A stretch of 64,000 bases of DNA from a virus (IMGVR_UViG_3300032053_000007), one strand, 5' to 3'. Shown: positions 16,834-24,870, numbered from the stretch's first letter. The notes: generated by a model from the letters alone, not told the origin. Numbers and translations: made by a program.

Positions 16834-17102
16834 CAATCATACTTAAAAAGAACTTCAAGAAATGTCCTATGTGCGGCTCACGAAATTTAGCCCCTCATCT
16901 TCATAGCCAACATACTGAAAAGGAAGTACCGTGGGTTCGTTGCGAAGATTGTACGGCAATGTTTGTTAGAAGTTGTTCAAGTAATTCCCCAACAGAATCT
17001 ATTGTTATTTGGAATCGTAGAGGAAATGGCACTAAAATTGAGCCTGAAAGCACTAGCGTCTTTGTAACGCCAGAAGACCCAGAGGTTGTGCATTTTACAT
17101 GA
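16830..17102 (+). CDS. Lar-like (restriction-alleviation family) zinc-ribbon protein
   Basis: KCPMCGS..VRCEDC..IVIWNRR pattern; ends EVVHFT. Confidence 0.5.
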   Translation: MTIILKKNFKKCPMCGSRNLAPHLHSQHTEKEVPWVRCEDCTAMFVRSCSSNSPTESIVIWNRRGNGTKIEPESTSVFVTPEDPEVVHFT

Positions 17103-17347
17103 TTGGGTCAACTATTGCTAATATAAGAAAAGACGGACACACTAGATGTGTAGCAATGCATGGTCGGAGTGACCAATGCCCAAAAGAGGCAGAATTCTTA
17201 CTTTACTATAAAATACAAGGAAGAGTTAATGTTGAACCGTTTTGCGAAGATGACGCATATGAATTCTCAATGTATTTCTCGAATTATCTAGGGCTAAAAG
17301 TAATAATCGAAGAGATGAGACTTAAAGAGAGGGTACAATTTACATGA
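17099..17347 (+). CDS. Cys-rich VxFT-tail protein (paralog of 18682)
   Basis: AYEFSMYFSNYLGLKV shared; ends ERVQFT. Confidence 0.6.
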   Translation: MIGSTIANIRKDGHTRCVAMHGRSDQCPKEAEFLLYYKIQGRVNVEPFCEDDAYEFSMYFSNYLGLKVIIEEMRLKERVQFT

Positions 17348-17595
17348 TGAAGAGACCATGTGACAAGTGCAATAATATGTCTGATGCGTTAGTAAGAGTA
17401 CATCCAATTGATAAAAATGGACAAAATTTGGAAACTGTTTATCTTTGCCCAAATTGTCGTGCGGCGTGGGGAAAAGTTTATGATAAGGAAGTAAAGAATG
17501 TTGATTCTATTAAATTCCAAAGTGCGTGGACTAATTCTTGGGAAAACTTTATGAGTGGGAAATATGAAGAACGAGAAGTGGTGCAGTTTACATGA
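17344..17595 (+). CDS. ZR-W family zinc-ribbon mini-protein
   Basis: CDKC..CPNCRAAW; ends EVVQFT. Confidence 0.65.
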   Translation: MMKRPCDKCNNMSDALVRVHPIDKNGQNLETVYLCPNCRAAWGKVYDKEVKNVDSIKFQSAWTNSWENFMSGKYEEREVVQFT

Positions 17596-17774
17596 GTGCT
17601 GAACCAGTTCTTTTAACGCATCCTTCTAAACTGAACGTTAAATGGAGTATTTCGGGATGCACAGTACATAATTCGCTTAACAAAGAATATTGCATAAAAT
17701 CTTGCAGAATAAGAGAACATTGTACGGTTTATGTGTCAATTATGAATGAACGGGAGAAGGTTCAATTCACATGA
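17592..17774 (+). CDS. VxFT-tail mini-protein
   Basis: ends EKVQFT. Confidence 0.55.
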   Translation: MSAEPVLLTHPSKLNVKWSISGCTVHNSLNKEYCIKSCRIREHCTVYVSIMNEREKVQFT

Positions 17775-17998
17775 AACAACTCAAAGTTTTGCATTATGAT
17801 AAAGATTGTGGTTTGGTTCGTTTGACTACGCGAGAACATAGGTCTATACATTCTAATATTTGTTTCGGTTGTGGATATAATGGAGCAATAAAATGGAATT
17901 CTTATAACAAAGTTGTTCAATGTCACAATTGCGGACAGATAATAGCTAAACCAGAAAGTCATCCAGAATTAGAACGAGAGGTAGTGCAATTTACATGA
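17771..17998 (+). CDS. zinc-ribbon VxFT-tail mini-protein
   Basis: CFGCG..CHNCG; ends EVVQFT. Confidence 0.6.
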   Translation: MKQLKVLHYDKDCGLVRLTTREHRSIHSNICFGCGYNGAIKWNSYNKVVQCHNCGQIIAKPESHPELEREVVQFT

Positions 17999-18210
17999 CT
18001 GAACTACTAATTATTGGAATGATAAGTACAATTTGTGGTCTAATTATTGCAATGGTATTAGAGGCAAAAAGACAAAAACGCAAAATGATAAAAAGAGTAA
18101 GAATATATATCAAAGACCGTAATAAAACTTTACGTCTTTCAAAATGGAAAAGAATTGCTACTGAATGGAGAGAAGAATTAAAGAGACCTGTAAAGGTGAA
18201 GTTTACATGA
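17995..18210 (+). CDS. N-terminal-TM VxFT-tail mini-protein
   Basis: hydrophobic N-terminus; ends VKVKFT. Confidence 0.6.
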   Translation: MTELLIIGMISTICGLIIAMVLEAKRQKRKMIKRVRIYIKDRNKTLRLSKWKRIATEWREELKRPVKVKFT

Positions 18211-18560
18211 GCAAATTTTTACGGGCATATCTAGTTCAGGGTAACAAGAAATATGAGGGGATTTCATCAGTCGATATGACAGTAAAAGTGAATGGTGGCG
18301 ACATTTGGGAAATCGAACTTAAAATAGATAACGCACAGAAATTATGTAAAGATTGTGATAATAACAAAATGTTCAGGCTTCATATAGAAAGTACATCAAT
18401 GAAGGATTCAAAACCAATGATTGAAACTACTACAGGGGAAATACTAATAACTGAGATTGAATTTTTATCACAAACTCAATGTCGTGTAAATGGAATCGCA
18501 TCTAATATACGTTGGGCTTCCAGAGAAGGAATCACTAGAGAAAAGGTGCAATTTACGTGA
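18207..18560 (+). CDS. VxFT-tail protein
   Basis: track ORF 18165.. trimmed to junction ATG 18207; ends EKVQFT. Confidence 0.55.
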   Translation: MSKFLRAYLVQGNKKYEGISSVDMTVKVNGGDIWEIELKIDNAQKLCKDCDNNKMFRLHIESTSMKDSKPMIETTTGEILITEIEFLSQTQCRVNGIASNIRWASREGITREKVQFT

Positions 18561-18685
18561 AGTCAAAGTTATTTGATAATTGGGATACAGAAATTCAATA
18601 CAAAGCTAGAGTAATAGATTGGATGCTTGTTGTTGCAATTTGGAGACAGAACAAACACAGAAGGGAAAAGGTGCAGTTTACTTGA
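18557..18685 (+). CDS. VxFT-tail mini-protein (42 aa)
   Basis: GTG in junction ACGTGA; ends EKVQFT. Confidence 0.45.
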   Translation: MKSKLFDNWDTEIQYKARVIDWMLVVAIWRQNKHRREKVQFT

Positions 18686-18930
18686 ATGGTCGTGTTTTAA
18701 CCTGTTGTCTCGCGGTTGATTGTAGAAAAGAATCAGAGATTATTTTGTCATACAAAATGGTGCGAAGCGAAGGGAGCACTCGTGAATTTGCTACAAAAAT
18801 AACACATATATGCCACGATGAATTTTGTGAAGAACATGCTTATGAGTTCGGTATGTATTTTTCAAATTACTTAGGACTAAAAGTAAGAACAAAGAGAATA
18901 AATAGACCAGTAAAGGTGCAGTTTACATGA
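18682..18930 (+). CDS. Cys-rich VxFT-tail protein (paralog of 17099)
   Basis: track ORF 18619.. trimmed to junction TTG; ends VKVQFT. Confidence 0.6.
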   Translation: MNGRVLTCCLAVDCRKESEIILSYKMVRSEGSTREFATKITHICHDEFCEEHAYEFGMYFSNYLGLKVRTKRINRPVKVQFT

Positions 18931-19157
18931 AACGATGGTATCATAAAAAGTGTTGTTATTGCCATTGCAGTTTTATGTGTCACGGAGAATGTGGAATAGA
19001 ACTTAAAGCTAAACAAGAAACTGCTTGCTATTGTGGGGCTTGCATTCAAGAATTTGAGAGAGAGAAGGGTGGCAGAGAAATTGTCTCTGGAAAAGAGCGT
19101 TGTAGAAGTAGAATGGATTTTGGAATTGATGCAAAGGAGAAGGTGGAATTCACATAG
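18927..19157 (+). CDS. Cys-rich VxFT-tail mini-protein
   Basis: ends EKVEFT but stop is TAG (ACATAG), junction start lost. Confidence 0.6.
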   Translation: MKRWYHKKCCYCHCSFMCHGECGIELKAKQETACYCGACIQEFEREKGGREIVSGKERCRSRMDFGIDAKEKVEFT

Positions 19158-19201
19158 CTCTCAATACTTTTGGTTTAAAATTCAACTTCACTAAATGCCC
19201 T

Positions 19202-19405
19202 ATGTGCCATTCACGAAATATAGAAAAGAAAGAAGTATGTATGGAATGTAAAGATTGTCATGCTCAGTTTGTTCGAAGAGTACATCTTTTCGACAAAGAA
19301 TCATTGACGTGTATTTGGAATAGAAAAACAGATGGGACATATTTTGAGCATAGCAACAAAGTTTTTATAGTACCAGAGGACCCAGAGGTAGTGCAGTTCA
19401 CATGA
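19202..19405 (+). CDS. Lar-like zinc-ribbon protein, N-terminally compromised paralog of 16830
   Basis: homology continues upstream (FNFTKCPMC) to ATA 19154; first ATG removes first Cys; ends EVVQFT. Confidence 0.45.
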   Translation: MCHSRNIEKKEVCMECKDCHAQFVRRVHLFDKESLTCIWNRKTDGTYFEHSNKVFIVPEDPEVVQFT

Positions 19406-19692
19406 CTGTTTGGATTTGTCCGTTCTGTAAAAGTGAACTGATATTTACTGGAAAACGAAATGGCATAGGTTGGTTTGGAGATTTAGGCGCGAGTTTCTAT
19501 GCTTGTGAGTGCGGGCACAATATTATTAGCGAGGCATTCAAAAATGAAGATGGGACTCCAAAGATTTTCTATGATAATAAATGGGAACATCTTCTTAATG
19601 ACAAATGGAGATTTTATGATGAAAGGGATATGTGGGGAACGCCTAAAGATGTGCCGAAAGAATTAAAGAGAATAAAGGTGCAGTTTACTTGA
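19402..19692 (+). CDS. zinc-ribbon VxFT-tail protein
   Basis: CPFC..CECG; ends IKVQFT. Confidence 0.6.
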   Translation: MTVWICPFCKSELIFTGKRNGIGWFGDLGASFYACECGHNIISEAFKNEDGTPKIFYDNKWEHLLNDKWRFYDERDMWGTPKDVPKELKRIKVQFT

Positions 19693-19868
19693 CTGAATAT
19701 AAATGTACTTGTTGCACACTTACCAAAGGATGCATATTACGGACTAACAAACATGGAGAAATTTTTTGCACTCATGGTGGTAAAAGTATCAAAATTCCAA
19801 TTGAAAGGGAAATAAAACGTGGGGATTTAAAAGTGATAATACCGAGAGAGGTAGTGCAATTCACATGA
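19689..19868 (+). CDS. Cys-rich VxFT-tail mini-protein (59 aa)
   Basis: TTG junction start; ends EVVQFT. Confidence 0.5.
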   Translation: MTEYKCTCCTLTKGCILRTNKHGEIFCTHGGKSIKIPIEREIKRGDLKVIIPREVVQFT

Positions 19869-20104
19869 GAGCTAATTGGCTTAAAGGTAGAAAATGTGAC
19901 CGTTGTGGAAAAGAATCTGAATTGGTTTTAGGCAAATTTGAACATTTTCTTTGCAGAGAATGTAGTACAGAATGGGGTAATTTTATACAACCATTTCTTT
20001 CCAAACTTCATGATGTAGCGAGAACTCCTAAATGGTCTGAATTATGGGAAAAAATTTACGCCAAGTTTTTGGCTGAATGGATAGAGAAGGTACAATTCAC
20101 TTGA
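19865..20104 (+). CDS. ZR-W family zinc-ribbon mini-protein
   Basis: CDRCGK..CRECSTEW; ends EKVQFT. Confidence 0.65.
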   Translation: MRANWLKGRKCDRCGKESELVLGKFEHFLCRECSTEWGNFIQPFLSKLHDVARTPKWSELWEKIYAKFLAEWIEKVQFT

Positions 20105-20385
20105 CCGAAGAAATAAATCTTGAAAACCTCATTATTAAGGTGCGAAAAAGTACGCCTAAAAATCATAGACGAGCAAAAATTTGGGTTAAAAAAGGTTCGG
20201 CTAAAGTGGAGATTACTGACCAAGAAAAGTGGCTTAATGTAGAAGATATGTGTTGCGTTCTTAATCACGAGTTTCTTCATTGGATAATTACAAATATGAC
20301 AAAAACAAGACCTAAACAATATGACAAATACTTAGAGAGTCTTGGATTGTACTACCACGAAATATTAAGGGAAATATGGCAATAA
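20101..20385 (+). CDS. small HExxH metallopeptidase-like protein
   Basis: track ORF 20077.. trimmed to junction TTG; VLNHEFLHWI. Confidence 0.55.
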   Translation: MTEEINLENLIIKVRKSTPKNHRRAKIWVKKGSAKVEITDQEKWLNVEDMCCVLNHEFLHWIITNMTKTRPKQYDKYLESLGLYYHEILREIWQ

Positions 20386-20564
20386 GGGTAGTGAATAAGA
20401 TACCATTTGAAGAGATAAAGGAACGTGCAAAATGTAAGGAATGTTTAAGGGAAGAATACTGCAAGCGTATTCCAGTAAACGACCTTATCGTTCAGGCAAT
20501 AAAGGAGAATGGCAAGTGCCCAGACTTTATTACAACAGCTTCCCCGCCACCCGCTTCCTTCTGA
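20376..20564 (+). CDS. Cys-rich small protein
   Basis: CKEC..C..C; last gene of array 1. Confidence 0.5.
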   Translation: MAIRVVNKIPFEEIKERAKCKECLREEYCKRIPVNDLIVQAIKENGKCPDFITTASPPPASF

Positions 20565-20978
20565 GCATATACCAACTTTCTCTGGGATAGTCCCCTACCC
20601 CTAGCTCCCCTAGACGTTCAAAACTCCCTGAAAAAAAGACGTTTTCAGTTATTTTCTTTTCTCGAATCCTTAGTAAATCTAAATCGAAATGCTCAGGAAA
20701 TAGGAAATAAAAATAATACCAAAATAACAATCATAACAGAAATCACAAAGTTCGCCGACCAAAATCAAATTTTCGCCTGCGCGCCGCCTATGTGTGGGTA
20801 TGTGGTTTCAAAAAGTGTGACCGATGGTTTTTTCCTAAAGGTTTTTCTGCGTTACCCTTTTCCGTGTTTCCGTCTGGGTCACTTTCGAGGTTACGGTTAG
20901 TGTAACTTTCTGTGTCATTGAAAGTTCAACTCTTCCTTATATAATACGAGTTGCACCATATAAACCTTTCGGTAGTTA

Positions 20979-20994
20979 TTAATCAACTGATTAA
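20979..20994. promoter_or_regulatory. TTAATCA-NN-TGATTAA palindrome
   Basis: ttaatcaactgattaa. Confidence 0.55.
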
Positions 20995-21042
20995 AAGTTT
21001 GGGGCATGGAGCCGAGGGGGTGGAAAAAAGCCATCTGACCCC

Positions 21043-21174
21043 CGAACTGAATCGAACTCGGCAATACGAGCAAATTTCGGGGCGATTTGGCTCCCGCCCT
21101 TTCCCACCGAGAAAATTTCCCATAGGGTGAGTTTCGAACTGAGTCGAATTTCCGAAAACGAGCAAATTTCGAGG
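21043..21174 (+). repeat. two 40-nt imperfect direct repeats (period 92)
   Basis: cgaactgaRtcgaa..acgagcaaatttcgRgg at 21043-21082 and 21135-21174. Confidence 0.6.
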
Positions 21175-21311
21175 CAGATAATTTTTACAGGTCTCGCAAA
21201 TGACCATCACTTTTTTGCTGGTTGGGGATGTTTGTATGGAGAGAATGGCTTTCGAAATTTTTCGAAGTGCCAAAAAAGCTCCCAACCCTGCTGGTCATGG
21301 AAACCGAATGT

Positions 21312-21327
21312 TTAATCAACTGATTAA
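21312..21327. promoter_or_regulatory. TTAATCA-NN-TGATTAA palindrome
   Basis: ttaatcaactgattaa. Confidence 0.55.
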
Positions 21328-21392
21328 AATAGTTCCTTTTATGACCTTCGGCATGGAGAAGTCCATGCAAACCAGCGATACTCATAGGGTTT

Positions 21393-21425
21393 TGAGCATG
21401 GGAGTTCTTACTAAACCTTTATATA
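21393..21425 (+). promoter_or_regulatory. GAGCATGG-box/TATA promoter cassette
   Basis: tGAGCATGGgagTTCT..TTTATATA; offset 24. Confidence 0.65.
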
Positions 21426-21459
21426 GGGGAAAGCTATATCTCTAGGTAGTGACCGATTA

Positions 21460-21681
21460 ATGGGAAAAGTTAGAGATACAATGAAGCAGATAGGAATCAG
21501 GAACAGACCGAAAACCAATCTCGATAATGCTCAATGTCTCATTCAATGGGTTGCAAAGAAACACCCAAAAGTCTTAACTGAATATCTTGACTCCGAATTT
21601 TTCAAGATTCTAACGAGAACAAACCAATACGTTAGCGTCATGGAAGCAATGCACTTTCTTGATACAGGGAAGGATGAATAA
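21460..21681 (+). CDS. hypothetical protein
   Basis: track ORF. Confidence 0.55.
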   Translation: MGKVRDTMKQIGIRNRPKTNLDNAQCLIQWVAKKHPKVLTEYLDSEFFKILTRTNQYVSVMEAMHFLDTGKDE

Positions 21682-22337
21682 TGATTGAGGAAAAGAGAAA
21701 GAAAATTATAGTTACAATGGAACGGTTGCAAGACCTTCACCATTTAGCTATTCGACACCCGTTTCGTGTGAGTAGAAAAGGTACAACAGATGAATATTAT
21801 GACGTTCTTGATGAACTCGGTGAAGTTTTTCTAGCGTTAGTAAAGAAGTCTTTCGAGAACTCGGACATACCTTATCCGTGGTATCCGACAGGTAGATGGA
21901 TTTGGTCACACCAATATTGGTCATGCCTTCTTTCTCTCAGAGGGGAGATTGACGCTCAAACACCCGAATACATGGAAACTGTCGAACATTACCTAAATAC
22001 AATTCATCAATTCATGGAAAGAGAAAAACTCGAATCTTTCTATATGCACTCTGGTTATTCAACTTATGACAAGAAACAGCATGAAGAAAATCCCATGCGA
22101 AGTATGTTGTATGTCTATTATCCGAAAAGTAAAAGATGGGATTTGACAAAGTTCTGGGCTGAACGGGAATTGGAATATTGGAAGAAAGAACTAGCCGATG
22201 ATTTGGAACAAGTCAGGAAAGCAAAAAAAGATAAGGGACAATTCGTAAAAGTAAACGTCAACTATTATGAACGAAACACATATTACGATAGAAGAAGAAT
22301 AAAGGAATTGAAGGAGATAATAAATGGTGAAGCATAG
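21681..22337 (+). CDS. hypothetical protein
   Basis: track ORF 218 aa; TAATG overlap with previous. Confidence 0.6.
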   Translation: MIEEKRKKIIVTMERLQDLHHLAIRHPFRVSRKGTTDEYYDVLDELGEVFLALVKKSFENSDIPYPWYPTGRWIWSHQYWSCLLSLRGEIDAQTPEYMETVEHYLNTIHQFMEREKLESFYMHSGYSTYDKKQHEENPMRSMLYVYYPKSKRWDLTKFWAERELEYWKKELADDLEQVRKAKKDKGQFVKVNVNYYERNTYYDRRRIKELKEIINGEA

Positions 22338-22428
22338 ATTCATTCCGCGTCCTTTCATTGAGGACGATGAACGCCCGACTAGACCGATGCCTCACGGGAA
22401 TCCATTCGACTTAGGAGAACTTGATTAA
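22324..22428 (+). CDS. hypothetical mini-protein (34 aa)
   Basis: TAATG overlap with 22428 gene. Confidence 0.35.
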   Translation: MVKHRFIPRPFIEDDERPTRPMPHGNPFDLGELD

Positions 22429-22661
22429 TGCCTAAGAAATTCTACGCGCGTTGTGGTTTGTGCAAGAAAAACTTTGCAACAAAGAGAGGCGTTGATACTC
22501 ATTTTAAAAGTGAAGAACATCTCAGACGACTTGCAAGATGGTATGAACTTTGTACGGAAGGTAAAGAAAAAGGATTCACTTATATTTTAGGAAACATGGA
22601 AGGAAGTGCAAAGGAAGTTCTTGCAGAAGAGGAACGTCCAGAAGTTGTTAGCTTTGACTAA
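22428..22661 (+). CDS. C2H2 zinc-finger protein with VxFD tail
   Basis: C-x2-C-x12-H-x5-H (CGLCKKNF..HFKSEEH); ends EVVSFD. Confidence 0.55.
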   Translation: MPKKFYARCGLCKKNFATKRGVDTHFKSEEHLRRLARWYELCTEGKEKGFTYILGNMEGSAKEVLAEEERPEVVSFD

Positions 22662-22893
22662 AAGAAACTGTGAGAAATGTGGACGAGTTTTCACGGTGAC
22701 AGAAGATAAACTAAAATATCCTCATTCTATAGACGCTATTCTTTGTGGTTCTTGTCTAAGAAAATGGCTAGAGTTTTTTGCTGACCATAATACATTTTTT
22801 GTTGCTAAATATCCTAAGAAAATAAACCCAACTTGGGAAGTATTTAAGGGGAAAATTGCAGACTATACTAGAGAGAAGGTTGTGTTCACTTGA
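22654..22893 (+). CDS. ZR-W family zinc-ribbon mini-protein
   Basis: track ORF 22606.. trimmed to TTG 22654; CEKCG..CGSCLRKW; ends EKVVFT. Confidence 0.6.
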   Translation: MTKRNCEKCGRVFTVTEDKLKYPHSIDAILCGSCLRKWLEFFADHNTFFVAKYPKKINPTWEVFKGKIADYTREKVVFT

Positions 22894-23078
22894 CGACTTG
22901 GCAAATTGTTAAGTGTGACGTTTGCGGACGGTCTTATGAACAATACGGGGACGCTCACGATATTGGTGAACAAAACTTCTGCTGTGAACATTGCCTCTGG
23001 ACAGCAGTTAGTAATAGTGGAGAACCACAACCTAGACATACTTGCATAGAGGTAAAGGAAAAGGTGAACTTTACTTGA
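22890..23078 (+). CDS. zinc-ribbon VxFT-tail mini-protein
   Basis: CDVCG..CCEHC; ends EKVNFT. Confidence 0.6.
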   Translation: MTTWQIVKCDVCGRSYEQYGDAHDIGEQNFCCEHCLWTAVSNSGEPQPRHTCIEVKEKVNFT

Positions 23079-23263
23079 GTGGTTTATCAATTAATCGTGG
23101 TTGCTTCAACTGTAAGAAATACAAAAATTGTCGTGGTTCCATAGATAGTGAAAAAGGAATAGACCCAAAAGAAATTCAGAAAGGTAGAAATAATATACCT
23201 TATCGTGCTGGCTGTTGTTGCCAAAATTACGAGTTTGTCAAAGAAAAGGTGCTGTTCACATGA
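23075..23263 (+). CDS. GCFNC family mini-protein
   Basis: trimmed to junction TTG; RGCFNCKKYKNC..YRAGCCC; ends EKVLFT. Confidence 0.6.
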   Translation: MSGLSINRGCFNCKKYKNCRGSIDSEKGIDPKEIQKGRNNIPYRAGCCCQNYEFVKEKVLFT

Positions 23264-23535
23264 TTTGTGCTAAATGCGGAAAGGAAAACGGAAAAGCCAC
23301 GATGTTTAGGGAAACGGGGACAACCAACATTCTTAAACTAAATCCTGTATTTTATATTGGTGCTGATTGTGGTTGTTTTTGGAAGTGGTTGAAATTTCTT
23401 AAAGAGAAAGACCCAAATATCAAAATTGAAAAGAAAAGATGGGGCGCGTCTATAATATTTTCAAAGGGAATAGGTGAAGCAAACGAATTAGCCAAAGAGT
23501 TCGCGGACGATTTTGTGAAGGTGCAATTCACTTGA
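23260..23535 (+). CDS. zinc-ribbon VxFT-tail protein
   Basis: trimmed to junction ATG; ICAKCGK..CGCFWKW; ends VKVQFT. Confidence 0.6.
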   Translation: MICAKCGKENGKATMFRETGTTNILKLNPVFYIGADCGCFWKWLKFLKEKDPNIKIEKKRWGASIIFSKGIGEANELAKEFADDFVKVQFT

Positions 23536-23735
23536 AATGCCAAATTCCGATGTGCAATAAAGAAGCTGTAAAAGAAGTTCACGTTTACAAAAAGGTGAAC
23601 AGAGTAGAAATAATTTTTCTTTGTGAAGAACATTTTAAACAAGAAAATAAATGGCTCAGATATAAGAATATACAGCGAGAGATTTTCGACTTGAAACCTA
23701 AAGTGGATGATAGAATAAGGGTGCAATTTACTTGA
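23532..23735 (+). CDS. VxFT-tail mini-protein
   Basis: CQIPMC..CEEH; ends IRVQFT. Confidence 0.6.
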   Translation: MKCQIPMCNKEAVKEVHVYKKVNRVEIIFLCEEHFKQENKWLRYKNIQREIFDLKPKVDDRIRVQFT

Positions 23736-23968
23736 AACCGAAAAATAGACAAAACGTAAAATGTCCTAAATGTGGAAACGGATGGAATGAATGGGGATTT
23801 GCTTTTGAGCAAAAAGACATAAAATGGGTTCCGAACGGACATAAATTCTTAATGGGATATAAAGTTGTTGAAGGACACGACCCTTATCCTCTTAAAGTAA
23901 CTTGCAAGAAATGTGGTAAAGTTTTCAGAATAGAGTATGTTGATAAGGAAAAGGTCGAGTTCACTTGA
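23732..23968 (+). CDS. zinc-ribbon VxFT-tail mini-protein
   Basis: CPKCG..CKKCG; ends EKVEFT. Confidence 0.6.
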   Translation: MKPKNRQNVKCPKCGNGWNEWGFAFEQKDIKWVPNGHKFLMGYKVVEGHDPYPLKVTCKKCGKVFRIEYVDKEKVEFT

Positions 23969-24288
23969 CTTACTATTGTCCCTTCTGCAAACAAAAAATG
24001 TTTCATCAACCGAACAACCAAAGCGTAACTCAAGACGAAAAACTGAAAGCCAAAGTTGGAGACACTTTCAAATGTAGTTGCAGTATTTTTCAAGAAGATT
24101 CAGACGGGCAAGTTTACCAACTAAATTCGTGGAAACTTGAAAATGATGGATGGTATCATTTCGGCTCAACAAACGGCAAACCAATTAGAGAACATTTTCA
24201 CATGCACAACGAAAATGAGTGGGTAAAAATTTGTGGCAGAACTAGCGAACCATTTGATACACTTCCAGAGGTTGTGAGTTTTACTTGA
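23965..24288 (+). CDS. zinc-ribbon VxFT-tail protein
   Basis: CPFC..CSC; ends EVVSFT. Confidence 0.6.
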   Translation: MTYYCPFCKQKMFHQPNNQSVTQDEKLKAKVGDTFKCSCSIFQEDSDGQVYQLNSWKLENDGWYHFGSTNGKPIREHFHMHNENEWVKICGRTSEPFDTLPEVVSFT

Positions 24289-24443
24289 GCAAAAGAATCA
24301 CTATGAGTATAGACTACGCTGACATTCAGAAAGCCATAGAAATAATGGAGAAAGACGGGTTCTTGGTTGCTATTAGAGGAGATAAAATGATTGTCATGGG
24401 AAAACCAATAAAGGATACAAAGGAGAAGGTACAGTTTACATGA
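24285..24443 (+). CDS. VxFT-tail mini-protein (52 aa)
   Basis: junction TTG; ends EKVQFT. Confidence 0.5.
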   Translation: MSKRITMSIDYADIQKAIEIMEKDGFLVAIRGDKMIVMGKPIKDTKEKVQFT

Positions 24444-24580
24444 CCGAACTTCCAGAACATAAGTGCAAAGGTTGTCAAATGGATTGTTGGGGCAAAGAAT
24501 GGGACGATGAGAAGAAACAATATTTCTGTATAGCTGACGGATTTTATATTCAACAGAAAGAAAGAGTTGAGTTTACTTGA
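24440..24580 (+). CDS. Cys-rich VxFT-tail mini-protein (46 aa)
   Basis: CKGCQMDC; ends ERVEFT. Confidence 0.5.
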   Translation: MTELPEHKCKGCQMDCWGKEWDDEKKQYFCIADGFYIQQKERVEFT

Positions 24581-24870
24581 CAGACCTGAAAATTTGTTCT
24601 GTTTGTAATGAGGAAAAGACATGCCATTCTATTGCCCCATATACTATATGTAAAGATTGTTTTTCAAAATGGACACACTTTCTTGACAAAGGAAGTAGAA
24701 TACAAAGATTAAATGATGCTCGTAAAAATTATAACAATAGTGCAAAATTTGGAAATGATAACGATGAGGGTGAAAAAGCGTGGAAAGAATTCAGCGAAAT
24801 TTGGAACAAATATTTTGAAGAGTTTTTGAAAAACATAGAAACCAGAAAAGAGAAGGTTGCATTTACATGA
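24577..24870 (+). CDS. ZR-W family zinc-ribbon mini-protein
   Basis: CSVC..CKDCFSKW; ends EKVAFT. Confidence 0.65.
   Translation: MTDLKICSVCNEEKTCHSIAPYTICKDCFSKWTHFLDKGSRIQRLNDARKNYNNSAKFGNDNDEGEKAWKEFSEIWNKYFEEFLKNIETRKEKVAFT

Larger units (their letters stand above)
20565..21392. repeat. noncoding hub A (paralogous to hubs at 41625 and 55330)
   Basis: agtcccctacccctagct, aaaaagacgtt, gcctatgtg, gtgtaactttctgtgtc, two palindromes; track ORFs here look spurious. Confidence 0.55.

Noticed and set aside
18165-18560. N-terminal extensions of many track ORFs, for example 999, 3617, 3960, 18165, 18619, 20077, 22606, 23042, 23215, 36539, 38719, 38922, 39612, 40522, 46361, 49611, 50566, 51160, 62612 and 62974.
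   Set aside because: The extensions run through the previous gene's tail and junction, or through promoter cassettes, in another frame. The junction-embedded ATG/TTG/GTG, or the first start after the predicted TSS, gives N-termini collinear with paralogs.
15911-20104. The periodic ~20-nt junction repeat could be a CRISPR array.
   Set aside because: The repeats are in-frame coding sequence forming stop/start overlaps. The 'spacers' are 100-380 nt ORFs with paralogs. The repeat is degenerate at wobble-like positions, and there are no cas genes or leader.
20983-21445. Mutually overlapping ORFs in hub A (20983..21285-, 21127..21315+, 21185..21385-, 21200..21445+), and ORFs 55473..55884 and 56581..56787 in hub E.
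   Set aside because: They overlap each other on both strands and span palindromes, repeats and promoter motifs. They lack SD or TATA context, so I treat them as noncoding.
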